64,000 nt of DNA. It comes from Calditrichia bacterium (GTDB lineage: Bacteria > Calditrichota > Calditrichia > JAJRVZ01). This document shows positions 1-10,435 of the stretch, piece after piece. The notes beneath the pieces were generated by a model. The model saw only the letters and a program-made list of their open reading frames with translations, was not told where the DNA came from and made no database searches. The first letter of the stretch is position 1; each line of letters begins with the position of its first letter. The position numbers were made by a program, and so were the translations under genes. The DNA lies in the NCBI GenBank assembly GCA_963777955.1, contig CAVZSQ010000003.1:96001-160000 (forward strand). The letters run 5' to 3'.

Positions 1-3000
1 CTTAATTTTTCCAACTGCAAACCACGGCCGTCATCCCGCAGACGAAATCCGATGCTGCCGTTTCGTTTAAAGGTTGAAATCTCTATTTTCCCATAAGGCG
101 ATTTCTTAATTCGCTTACGTTCTGCGGGGAGTTCAATACCATGCGAAATAGAATTCCGCACCAGTTGAATCAGTACTTCTTTGACTAACAAATGGTATTT
201 ATCCGGAATTATGCGGCCATTAAATTTACTGTATTGGAATTTTATTTTCTTACCCAGATCGCTGCTGAAACTGTTGATCAAGTTCTCCAGGGATTGTAAC
301 ATGGAACGGGTGTCGGTTTTTTTCCTGCCCCCTTTATGCGTGGTCAACTGGCCCATTTTGCCAATGACACTTTCCATCTCTTCCATACCGGTTTGCAACT
401 CGTGCAGTTTTTCACGGAGTGGTCGTAGATCTTTTTCACTAAGAGCGGATTTTTTCTGTAATTCGCTGATGATGTTCTCAAACTGATGTGCCTGCTCGGC
501 AAAGTAATCAATATTTAATAATTTGGCATTGCCTTTAATCAGGTGTATGGAGCGGAAAATCTTTACCAGTATCTTTTGCACATCTTCTATTTCCAGTTGG
601 CTCATACTGCTGTCAATAAAGTCCAACTCTCTTTTGGCGCTTTCATTAAAATCCCTCAACATATCCGGCTCGACATCCAGGATTCCAAGGATCAGTTGCA
701 TCAGCCTCTCTCTTCTGGCTTCCTCTTTCTTTAATTGCATGGCCAGTAAGATCGGTTCGGTGACATCCCGGACCGTGGTAATCAATTCAATAGTTTGCTG
801 TTCATCGGATTTGATCCGCCTGAAATTAAAATTTAGATATTTAGTGCTTTTAGCTGCAGCAGATACCTTGCCGGGGGAAGCCTGACTAAGAACAAATTCC
901 TGGTCAATCAATGGATTTAAATCTACGATGGATTCCTCATTGACGCTGTCATCAAAGAGAAGTTTCAGGAACATATTGGTATTATTCACTTCTTCGGCGG
1001 AAAGACAGGTGGCCAGAAAATCCAGCAGATTCAAATGAGCCAGGTTTTTTCTGCAAAAAATAGATTCCAGGGCAGAGGAATATTGCGATGCTATGATATA
1101 ATTCTGATCTATTAGAAAAAATCCCTCTTCCACGTTATGCAGAATATTATCGGTCTCATTTTTGGCAATGGCCAGATCGCTGTTCGATTTTTCTAATTCA
1201 GTGGCTTTTTCACTTAACTGATGGGTACGCTCTTCAACTTTAATTTCCAGTTCACGCCGGTGCGCTTCTATGTTTTTTACCCGAATCTTAAAAATCGTAT
1301 AAATCAAAACCAGAATCAGTACGAGCACCAGGCTTTGAAACCACCATAACTGCCAGAAGGGGGGTGTGATAATAATGTGGATGGAAGTTCCTTCTTCATT
1401 CCAGATTTTATCGTTATTGGAGGCTTTGACCCGGAAGGTATAATCGCCGCCCGGCAAATTTGTGTACGTAGCGAAGCGCCGGCTGGCATTGGTAAAAATC
1501 CACTCCTTATCAAATCCTTCCATCATATAGGCATACAGGTTGTCCTGGGATGAAGCATAACTGAGAGCGGCAAATTCAAATGAGAAGACATTATCCTGGT
1601 AAGAAAGTTTGATTTCCTTGCATTCGGATATTGACCGGGTGAGCAGTGCGCGCCCGCCGAATTTCTCATCGATGTAGACCGGTTTGTTATAGATCATAAA
1701 ATTTGTAATAACCACTCCGGGGATATCGGGATTATTGCTGATGCTATCCGGGAAAAAAATGTTAAATCCGTTAATTCCCCCAAAAACCAACTCACCGCTG
1801 GCCAGTTTGCAGCAGGTATTCACTCCAAATTCGTTACTCTGCAGACCGTCGCTTTCGAGATAGTTCCGGCAGATCAAGGTCCGTGGATCAAATTTAGACA
1901 GTCCTTTATTGGAACTTATCCAAAGATTTCCCTGATCATCATTTATAAGTGCTTGAACAGAGTTGCTGGGCAGGCCATCTCTTTCACCGTAATGGCGGAA
2001 GGATTCAGTTTCGGGACTCCATTTATTCAATCCATTTTGACTTCCTAACCAGATCACTCCGGTATCGTCCTGATAAATGCAGATAATTTTATCAGAACTA
2101 AGTGCTGTGGAATCATTCGGCTTATAATTATAGTGAGTAAAAATTCCGGTTTGCGGATCCAGTCGGTTTAATCCACCGGTATTGGTACCGATCCAAAACT
2201 GGCCAGTGTTGTCTTCCCTGATCGACCAGACAAAACCATCGCTGAGTCCGGCCGAGTCGGCGCTGTTATGCATATAGCGAACGAACTTTCCGGTCTGCTG
2301 GTCAAAGCGATTCAATCCGTCCATGGAACAGATCCACAGATTTCCAAGCCGGTCTTTAAAAATATTAAAAATGGTATGATTACTCAAACTTTGCGGATCA
2401 TTGGCAACGGGTAAATACCTGGTAAACTGATTGGAGTTAGCATCAAAAGAGTTCAAACCGGCGTCGGTGCCAACCCAGATTTTACCGGTATTGTCCGCAC
2501 AGATACTGCGCACTACATTATTACTCAAACTGTGCGGATCCCTGGGACTAAACGTGTATTGAGTGTAGGTATTTGTCTTCCGGTTGAAACGATTCAAACC
2601 GCCGCCATTGGTGCCCAGCCAGATAAATCCTGAACTGTCCTCATGTATTGCTAAAATGGAACTGTTGTTCAAACTTCTGGCATCCCCCGGCTGGCCTTTA
2701 TAATGAGCAAATTTTCTACGGTCGGGATTGTATTTATTAATCCCGCCGAAGTTAGTACCTATCCAGATTATACCGGATCGATCTCTAAAAATAGAAAGCA
2801 AAGCATTACTGCTCAGACTGTTCGGATCATTACGATTACTTTTATAATGCAGAAAGCGGTTTTTATCTTTATCCCCGGGATTCAGAATATCGAGACCTCC
2901 ACCATCAGTGCCGACCCACAGGTTTCCATCACGGTCTTCGCAGATGGAGCGGGTCACATTATTGCTCAGGCTGTACGGATTGGCATCATCGTTTTGATAA

Positions 3001-3800
3001 CGGATGGCCTGATTTTTCTCAGGATCAAAAAGATTCAGTCCACCGCCCCAGCTGGCTATCCATAGATTCCCGGAGCGGTCTTCATAGAGACGCCAGATAC
3101 TGTCATGACTAAGACTTTTGGGATTCTTAGGATCATGGAGGAAATGAATAAATTCTCCTTTCTGCCGGTCGAAATAATTTAATCCACCATCGGTGCCGAT
3201 CCACAACCGACCCTGCCGGTCCTCCAGAATACATAAAACATTATTATGACTCAAACTCTGCGGATTATCCGCATCATGCAGGTAGCGGATAAATTTATTG
3301 CTTTCCTGGTCGAACTTATTCAATCCTCCGCCGTAGGTCCCAATCCACAATACCCCCTGGCGGTCTTCATAAAGTGATCGGATATAATTGGTACTTAAAC
3401 TGGTTGGATCATCGGGATCATTCCGGTAAGTCGTAAATTTTTCTTTATCCCGGTCATAACGATTCAGACCGTCTTCGGTCCCGATCCAGATGTTACCCAG
3501 ATGATCTTCGACAATACATTCGACATTGTTATTACTCAGACTGTTTGAATTGCCGGGTTCGGCCTTATATACCTTAAAATTATAACCATCATAGCGGTTT
3601 AAACCTGCATATGTTCCAAACCACATAAAATTTTTATGATCCTGATAGATACACAACACCGAACTTTGCGATAATCCTGATTCAATAGAAATTTTTTCGA
3701 ATTGAAGCTCATCGACTTGTGAATGGGATTTGGATATCAGGGCCAGAATAAAGATAATGCAGAAACCGGTCACCCGGCGCAGACTAGTTGAACTAGACAT
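1..3800 (-). CDS. Membrane sensor kinase, partial (C-terminus beyond window): signal peptide, Reg_prop beta-propeller repeats, Y_Y_Y, TM, coiled coil, PAS-like region, Hpt, CheA-like HATPase
   Basis: Manual translation from ATG 3800: MSSSTSLRRVTGFCIIFILALISKSHSQVDELQFEKISIESGLSQSSVLCIYQDHKNFMWFGT. Repeated SLSxxxVxxIxEDxxGxLWIGTxxGGLNxFD blades; FSFEFAALSY (Y_Y_Y); PPFWQLWWF plus TM; FRSIHLIKGNA (Hpt); LVRNSISHGIE and DDGRGL (CheA-type ATPase). Both ends are in the same frame, and absence from the ORF track fits an open frame with no stop. Confidence 0.9.
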   Translation of the reverse strand, partial: MSSSTSLRRVTGFCIIFILALISKSHSQVDELQFEKISIESGLSQSSVLCIYQDHKNFMWFGTYAGLNRYDGYNFKVYKAEPGNSNSLSNNNVECIVEDHLGNIWIGTEDGLNRYDRDKEKFTTYRNDPDDPTSLSTNYIRSLYEDRQGVLWIGTYGGGLNKFDQESNKFIRYLHDADNPQSLSHNNVLCILEDRQGRLWIGTDGGLNYFDRQKGEFIHFLHDPKNPKSLSHDSIWRLYEDRSGNLWIASWGGGLNLFDPEKNQAIRYQNDDANPYSLSNNVTRSICEDRDGNLWVGTDGGGLDILNPGDKDKNRFLHYKSNRNDPNSLSSNALLSIFRDRSGIIWIGTNFGGINKYNPDRRKFAHYKGQPGDARSLNNSSILAIHEDSSGFIWLGTNGGGLNRFNRKTNTYTQYTFSPRDPHSLSNNVVRSICADNTGKIWVGTDAGLNSFDANSNQFTRYLPVANDPQSLSNHTIFNIFKDRLGNLWICSMDGLNRFDQQTGKFVRYMHNSADSAGLSDGFVWSIREDNTGQFWIGTNTGGLNRLDPQTGIFTHYNYKPNDSTALSSDKIICIYQDDTGVIWLGSQNGLNKWSPETESFRHYGERDGLPSNSVQALINDDQGNLWISSNKGLSKFDPRTLICRNYLESDGLQSNEFGVNTCCKLASGELVFGGINGFNIFFPDSISNNPDIPGVVITNFMIYNKPVYIDEKFGGRALLTRSISECKEIKLSYQDNVFSFEFAALSYASSQDNLYAYMMEGFDKEWIFTNASRRFATYTNLPGGDYTFRVKASNNDKIWNEEGTSIHIIITPPFWQLWWFQSLVLVLILVLIYTIFKIRVKNIEAHRRELEIKVEERTHQLSEKATELEKSNSDLAIAKNETDNILHNVEEGFFLIDQNYIIASQYSSALESIFCRKNLAHLNLLDFLATCLSAEEVNNTNMFLKLLFDDSVNEESIVDLNPLIDQEFVLSQASPGKVSAAAKSTKYLNFNFRRIKSDEQQTIELITTVRDVTEPILLAMQLKKEEARRERLMQLILGILDVEPDMLRDFNESAKRELDFIDSSMSQLEIEDVQKILVKIFRSIHLIKGNAKLLNIDYFAEQAHQFENIISELQKKSALSEKDLRPLREKLHELQTGMEEMESVIGKMGQLTTHKGGRKKTDTRSMLQSLENLINSFSSDLGKKIKFQYSKFNGRIIPDKYHLLVKEVLIQLVRNSISHGIELPAERKRIKKSPYGKIEISTFKRNGSIGFRLRDDGRGLQLEKL

Positions 3801-4041
3801 CAATTTTCTCCCCAGTCAGGTATTTTATTGATGGCGTCAGTCGGATTAGCGTGTTTTACTCATTGTCTTTTAGATACTTATCCTGCTATTATTATATCGG
3901 AATAATGAGCTAAATTCATTAACCGGAAAATGAGGTTTTATTTTTTTTATGACCGGGATAATGCAGAGCGCAATAGAAAAATCTGGACAGAACTTTGATA
4001 AAAAATCGATTCTGCTCGACTCCCGCCGTTCGAATTAGCAC

Positions 4042-4070
4042 TTGAGAATAGTCCCTCAAACTGGTAGATT
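4042..4070 (+). promoter_or_regulatory. Putative sigma70 promoter of the TolB-like/SMP-30 operon
   Basis: TTGAGA-N17-TAGATT upstream of 4115. Confidence 0.4.
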
Positions 4071-4114
4071 AAAATTAGCAGTTCAGGAAAGATTAGTATA
4101 GAAAGGGAATAAAA

Positions 4115-5615
4115 TTGTCATGTGTCCGGACAACGACAGTATTGATTTATAGTCTTCTGATGTCATCAGGTTTTTCTCAACAATCCACAGGTATATTCGA
4201 ACAAAGCGGCGATGTGGGTTCGGTAAAAATTCCCGGTTCCGTCAGCTATCAGGCTGATAAACAGGAATATATCATTTCCGGCTCAGGCCTGAATATGTGG
4301 GCTGAACATGATGAATTTTATATGGTCTGGAAACGGTTAAAGGGTAATTTTATTTTAAATGCGCAATGTGAATTCTTCGGTAGTGGGGTGAATGCTCATA
4401 GAAAAATGGGTTGGATCGTCCGCAGCAGCCTTGATTCAAATGCTGCTTATGCCGATCTGGCAGTTCATGGGGACGGGCTGACTTCCCTGCAATTCCGGCG
4501 GACCCGGGGTGCTGAGACGGAAGAAGTTCGATCATCCATAAACAAACCGGATGTGATTCAACTGGAAAGAAAGGAAAACTCCTACACTATGTCCGTGGCA
4601 CGATTCGGTGATGCTCTGGTCAGCACGCAAGTTTCCGACCTGGACCTGGGTGATAGTGTTTATGTGGGCCTGTTTGTGTGTGCACATGAAGAAGATGTAA
4701 TTGAAAAAGCAATCTTCGGCAATGTCCGGATTATTATACCGGCCCGGTCTGATTTTGTACCTTACCGGGATTATATTGGCAGTAATCTGGAAATACTGGA
4801 TATTGAAACCGGCAACAAAAAAATAATCTACCGCTCGCCGGAATCATGGCAGGCGCCTAACTGGACCCCCGATGGCAAATCGCTGATTTTTAACAGCAAG
4901 GGATTTTTGTACCGCTTCGATCTGGATCAAAATGAACCGGTACTGATAAATACAGATTTTGCCGCGAATAATAACAATGATCATGTAGTATCTTATGATG
5001 GCCGTATGATCGGCATCAGTCATCATGATCCGAATCATAATAACCAATCCCTGGTTTATACTTTACCCATCAAGGGTGGGATATCCAAGACAAATTACTG
5101 CTAATGGACCTTCGTACCTGCATGACTGGTCGCCTGATGGCAGGTTCCTGATATATACAGCCGAGCGGAATGGGGATTATGATATTTATAAAATTTCAAG
5201 CAAGGGGGGTAAAGAACTGCAGCTTACTGACAGCAGAGGATTGGATGACGGCTCGCAATTTACACCCGACGGCAAATATATTTATTTTAATTCTGTCCGC
5301 AGCGGATCTATGCAGATCTGGCGTATGAAGCCCGATGGCCGCGAGCAGGTACAGATTACCGCTGATGAATATAATAACTGGTTTCCCCATATATCACCGG
5401 ATGGGCAATGGATAATTTTCCTCTCCTATTCGGCGGCTGTAAATCCCGGCGACCACCCGTTTTACCAGCAGGTTTATCTCAGATTGATACCGGTAGCAGG
5501 GGGTGCACCCAGGATAATCGCTTATGTTTACGGTGGACAGGGTACCATCAATGTATCCTCCTGGTCAGCGGACAGCAAAAAAGTGGCCTTTATCAGTAAT
5601 ACAGATTATAAATAA
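4115..5615 (+). CDS. TolB-like PD40 beta-propeller protein with N-terminal beta-sandwich-like domain (frameshift near 5085)
   Basis: ORFs 4115-5104 and 5025-5615 join; PD40 motifs [29 protein letters not shown]. Confidence 0.8.
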
Positions 5616-5629
5616 ATGGAGAAATTTCG

Positions 5630-6835
5630 ATGAGGTTATTTACACACGGAATTTTTTTAATGTCGGCCATTATGGTATTAACCGGCGGAATGACTATTGT
5701 CTCCGGACAGTTAAGTGCAGGTTATGATGTTCAGGTTGAGAAGATAGATGATGGTTTTCAATTTGTAGAGGGACCGGTATGGAAGGACGGAGCATTACTG
5801 TTCAGTGATATACCGGCCAATACCATCTACCGCTGGACGGCGGATTCTGGTTCGACCATTTATTATAATCCGTCGGGCAACTCCAATGGACTGGCTTTGG
5901 ACCTGGCCGGCAATTTACTCCTGGCGCAGCACGGGAAACGACAGGTAGCCAGGCTGGAAGCAGATGGTTCTGAGACAATACTGGCTGCTCTTTATGACGG
6001 CAAGAAACTGAACAGTCCCAATGACATCGCCGTAAAGTCCGACGGGGCTATTTTTTTTACCGATCCGCCTTACGGTATTAATTCCAACCAGGAAGAATTG
6101 GGTTTTTACGGAATTTACCGGTTGAGTCCATCGGGAGAATTGCAATTGCTCGATGCCACGTTAAACCGGCCCAACGGCATCGTTTTTTCGCCGGATGAAA
6201 CAAAATTATATGTCTGTGATTCTGACGCACGCCGGATTTATGTCTGGGATGTGCTGGCCGATACAGTGATCGTCAACAAACGGCAATTTGCCTATATGAG
6301 TCCGGCCGGGAATGCCGATGGCATGAAAGTTGATGCCGAGGGGCATCTTTTCGCCGCAGGTCCTTTGGGTATCTGGGTGTATGATGCCAGCGGAATCATA
6401 CTGGATACGATACTGGTACCCGGACAGACTACCAATTGTAATTGGGGGGATGCCGACGGGCAGACCTTATATATCACTTCCGGAACTGCCGTTTACCGGG
6501 TCCGCAATGTTTATACCAATACCCCCGGCCAGGATCAGGGCAATTTAAGGATAAAGTCATTTCAACTTTATGGCAATTATCCCAATCCGTTCAATCCCTC
6601 GACGCATATTGAATTTGCAATGGCCCATGCTGAAAAAATCGATCTGACGGTATTTAACATTCTGGGAAACAAAGTCAGGACGTTAATCAGCGGCACGGTA
6701 AATGCGGGATTAACGGTTCAAGAATGGAACGGTGAAGATACACAGGGCAAGCCGGTGAGCAGCGGCCTGTATTTTTGCCGGTTACAAACCGAGTCGGGTT
6801 TTAAACAGACTCAAAAAATGATTTTGATAAAATAA
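5630..6835 (+). CDS. SMP-30/gluconolactonase/LRE family protein with C-terminal sorting (FlgD-Ig/T9SS-like) domain
   Basis: EGPVW, LNSPND, FFTDPPYG, PNGIVFSPD, ADGMKVD; C-terminal NYPNPFNPST...SSGLYFCRL. Confidence 0.9.
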   Translation: MRLFTHGIFLMSAIMVLTGGMTIVSGQLSAGYDVQVEKIDDGFQFVEGPVWKDGALLFSDIPANTIYRWTADSGSTIYYNPSGNSNGLALDLAGNLLLAQHGKRQVARLEADGSETILAALYDGKKLNSPNDIAVKSDGAIFFTDPPYGINSNQEELGFYGIYRLSPSGELQLLDATLNRPNGIVFSPDETKLYVCDSDARRIYVWDVLADTVIVNKRQFAYMSPAGNADGMKVDAEGHLFAAGPLGIWVYDASGIILDTILVPGQTTNCNWGDADGQTLYITSGTAVYRVRNVYTNTPGQDQGNLRIKSFQLYGNYPNPFNPSTHIEFAMAHAEKIDLTVFNILGNKVRTLISGTVNAGLTVQEWNGEDTQGKPVSSGLYFCRLQTESGFKQTQKMILIK

Positions 6836-6894
6836 ATATTTGTAATCGTGATGTAACTGATAATAAATCAGATATTCTGCTAATTGCGTTTCTG

Positions 6895-7542
6895 TTATTC
6901 TTTAACCAGAATGATATTGTCGACTTTAATCAGTTTGCCTGTTTGAATACCTGTTGCCAATATATCCGCATATTCACTCTGAATATCCTGTGATAAAGCT
7001 GTCCCTTTTAGCGTATGATCAAGGGTACCATCGGCTTTCTGATCGATATAAATAGAGATATTAGCGGAACCAGATTTTTTATCTATGATTTTAAATTCAT
7101 TAAAAGGATCCGCGTTGATTGGACGGAAACTTTTTACTTCGTAGTCGCGGTACAGATTTTGCTGGTAATATTGCCGGGTCGTAGGAGTGGTCACCTGCAA
7201 TTTGTTTGTCCCGCTGAGTTTGCTGAGGCCGTAATCATAAATCTTTTGTGCATCAGAAAGATTTATTTCTCCGGTCACGATTTGATCTAAAATCCGATCC
7301 TGATCAAAATCTGCTGCTACAAAATTTTCCCCGACAAGTTCATTGTAGGAGACTTTTTGATCCGCTGAACGTATAGAACGAATACGGCATTCCTTACTTT
7401 CATAGGTGAATACATATTGTGAAATACCATGCTGTGGTTTGCTACAGCCAGAGTAATAGAATGCGATTATAAAAAAGATAAATCCGGATAAAACAGTAAA
7501 TATTCGTTTCAGGTTTTGAAGATTAAGCAGATAGTTTTTCAT
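6895..7542 (-). CDS. Hypothetical lipoprotein with two-fold internal repeat
   Basis: 215 aa, GGAG RBS, hydrophobic N-terminus ending YSGC; DFDQDRILD and DQKADGTLD motifs. Confidence 0.7.
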   Translation of the reverse strand: MKNYLLNLQNLKRIFTVLSGFIFFIIAFYYSGCSKPQHGISQYVFTYESKECRIRSIRSADQKVSYNELVGENFVAADFDQDRILDQIVTGEINLSDAQKIYDYGLSKLSGTNKLQVTTPTTRQYYQQNLYRDYEVKSFRPINADPFNEFKIIDKKSGSANISIYIDQKADGTLDHTLKGTALSQDIQSEYADILATGIQTGKLIKVDNIILVKE

Positions 7543-7852
7543 GGTTTCTCCTCCTTGGTTTTGCCCGACTGTCCATTGAAAATCCAGGTGCGAGTCGAGT
7601 CATTGCTAACATTATATTATACAATCAGATACCTTGAACTGTGAAAATCTTAAGAAAAATTTATATCTCGATAATCTGAATAAACAGGATATACGGCTAT
7701 TATTTATTGACTTAGATTATTTACGTTCGATGTAAGAATAAAGTTGCTGATCAGGAAAAATATTAATAAATCTGTTTTACCAGGTCATATCCTGAATTCG
7801 ATACCGGCTGGATAATTATTAAACTTATATCATATTTTCAAGAAATAATTCT

Positions 7853-7881
7853 TTGATTCACATTAAATCTTACCTTACTTT
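7853..7881 (+). promoter_or_regulatory. Putative sigma70 promoter of the MFS transporter
   Basis: TTGATT-N17-TACTTT. Confidence 0.35.
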
Positions 7882-7945
7882 TATCAGAAAATTTGGATTT
7901 AGATTACAGGTTTTGCGCGGTCGGTAATAAACAGGAGAAGGTTCT

Positions 7946-9409
7946 ATGAGCAATGGGAATGACAGACTATCATTAAAAGAAAAAATCGGCTATGGCTTTG
8001 GCGATTTTGCCTCGGTTTTATTCTGGCAGAGCATAACGATGAATCTCATGTTTTTTTATACGGATATATTCAAAATTGCAGACACTGCCAAGGCCGCGGT
8101 AGTTGCAGGTACCATGATCATGTTCTCCCGGATATTTGATGCGGTTATTGATCCTGTTATTGGCATGGTGGCTGATCGAACAGAAACCCGCTGGGGAAAA
8201 TTCAGGCCCTATCTGATCTGGATGGCTTTACCATTGGCAATTTCAGCAGTATTTTTGTTTACTACCCCGAATTTTGGGCCAACTGGTAAAGTCGTCTACG
8301 CCTATATCACTTTATTCCTGTTTATGATCTGTTATGCTGGAATTAATATTCCGTATTCTTCTTTATTAGGGGTACTAACTCCTGATCCAGCCCAAAGAAC
8401 GGGCGCCTCCTCTTTTAAGTTTACCTTTGCCTATATCAGTGGCATGACCGTTTCGCTGACTTGTTTATTGCTGGCCAAGTATTTGGGCAATGGAGTGGAT
8501 AGCAAGGATCCCGGCGGCTGGCAGGAAACAATGATTTTATATGGAATTGTTGCTGTCATTTTTTTTATACTTACTTTTCTGTTAACCAAAGAAAGAGTAA
8601 GACCTCAAAAATCTCAAAGGACATCAGTTGGCAAAGACTTAAAGGATTTAATGACCAATAAGCCATGGATCATTCTTCTTTTTGCTACCATCACTATGAT
8701 TCTGTTTGTTGCTTCAAGAAGCGGGGTGACCAATTATTATTTTAAATACTATATCACAAATTATTCTGAAACTATCCATAATACTATTAATTATAATTTT
8801 TTGGGATGGAGTTTTAATTGGGGCTTTGAGGAAATAGCTACCATATTCAATGGCCTTGGTCAGGGCTGTGCGATCATAGGAGCCCTGCTGGTACCATTAC
8901 TGACCATGAGGATAGGTAAAAAGAACGCTTTCCTGTTATTATTCATTATTGCTTTGATCAGCACCGCTGCATTTTATTTCTTAACACCAGAAAATATAAC
9001 CCTGATTTTTCTGTTTCAGATTACGGGTTCTTTAACCGGCGGTCCTTTATCACCGGTTATCTGGGCCATGTATGCCGATACGGCTGATTATTCTGAATGG
9101 AAGAGAGGGAGAAGGGCGACCGGGTTGGTTTTTTCAGCTTCAGCAACATCGCAAAAAATTGGTTGGGCTGTCGGGGCTTTTTTTACCGGTGCACTTTTAT
9201 CCAGTTATGGTTTTATCGCCGATCAAACTCAATCCTTGGAAGTCAATCATCTATTAATAATGCTGATGAGTATTATCCCGGCAGTTTTCGGTTTGATTTC
9301 AGTTGCTTTGATTTTGTTCTACAATCTTGACGAAAAAACCATGAAAAAAATCCAGCTAGAACTGGAACAGAGGCGCATAGCCAGCGGTGATAAAATTGTA
9401 ACAGATTGA
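7946..9409 (+). CDS. Glycoside-pentoside-hexuronide (GPH):cation symporter, MFS
   Basis: EKIGYGFGD, DRTETRWGKFRPY, WAMYADTADYSEWKRGRRATG. Confidence 0.92.
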   Translation: MSNGNDRLSLKEKIGYGFGDFASVLFWQSITMNLMFFYTDIFKIADTAKAAVVAGTMIMFSRIFDAVIDPVIGMVADRTETRWGKFRPYLIWMALPLAISAVFLFTTPNFGPTGKVVYAYITLFLFMICYAGINIPYSSLLGVLTPDPAQRTGASSFKFTFAYISGMTVSLTCLLLAKYLGNGVDSKDPGGWQETMILYGIVAVIFFILTFLLTKERVRPQKSQRTSVGKDLKDLMTNKPWIILLFATITMILFVASRSGVTNYYFKYYITNYSETIHNTINYNFLGWSFNWGFEEIATIFNGLGQGCAIIGALLVPLLTMRIGKKNAFLLLFIIALISTAAFYFLTPENITLIFLFQITGSLTGGPLSPVIWAMYADTADYSEWKRGRRATGLVFSASATSQKIGWAVGAFFTGALLSSYGFIADQTQSLEVNHLLIMLMSIIPAVFGLISVALILFYNLDEKTMKKIQLELEQRRIASGDKIVTD

Positions 9410-9462
9410 TTTGATGAAAGATTGACAGGATCGATATCAATCCTGAAAGAAAGCACGGCCTG

Positions 9463-10396
9463 ATGTCCGGACAAATAAAGCGACGCGAATTTCTGAAAAA
9501 AAGCGCTGTCTTGAGCGCCGCTACGGTACTTGGACATTCTGTGGTTCCCGGTCTCGCCTTCAGCAAGAATGCTGTTGATCTCGCTGTTGTAAAAGGACAA
9601 AACTATTTTAACACTACCCTGAAAGCAGTGGAACTATTAGGGGGTATGGCAAAATTTGTTCCGCCCAGGGCAAAAGTCAGCTATTCTGGCCAATCCTGCA
9701 GGCAATAATCCGGGTACTTTCACCAAACCGGAAATTGTTCAGGCGGTTATTCAAATGTGTAAGAGAGCAGGCGCGGATAAAATATGCTGCATCGGTTGGT
9801 TGCCGCTGATCAATTGGCAAAATACCGGACTTAAAAAGATAATCGATAGTGAGGGTGCAGAACTGGAAATCACCGCTGCAGAGGATGAGTCCCTGTTTAA
9901 ATCCGTGCCGGTGCCCCAAGGTGTGATCTTAAAAGAAGCCCGGATCATAAAAACCCTTGATCAATATGATGTATTGATCAATGTACCAATCATCAAGGAA
10001 CATTCCGGCAATAATTTTTCGGGTACCATGAAAAATCTGATGGGTCTGAATTCACCGCAATCCGACCAGACTTTTCATCGTCAGGACTGGACGCTGCTGC
10101 GAGATGATATTCAGCACCTGGATCAATGCATTGCCGATTTGAATACGGTCATCCATCCGGATCTGTGTGTGGTCGATGCTACTATTTTTCTGGCCTCGAA
10201 TGGTCCTTATGGCCCGGGGAAACTGAATAAACCGCTGAAGGTCATTGCCGGAACCGACCGGGTGGCTATTGAAACCTATTGTGCCGGCTTGTTTGGATAT
10301 CAGTCCGGGGATATAATGGTAATCAGGAAGGCACAGGAACACGGACTGGGTGAGATGGATTTAAGCAGAATAAATATCAAGGAAGTCGAAATATAA
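9463..10396 (+). CDS. Tat-exported DUF362 domain protein (frameshift near 9680)
   Basis: KRREFLKK twin-arginine signal; INVPIIKEH...GTMKNLMG; DRVAIE. Confidence 0.8.
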
Positions 10397-10435
10397 TAGA
10401 TCTATTATTTCACAGTATTTAAAGATATTATTGGC

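Noticed and set aside
181..3065. Plus-strand ORFs at 181, 523, 543 and 2703
   Set aside because: Antisense shadows of the large minus-strand sensor kinase; most short opposite-strand ORFs in the track are likewise shadows.
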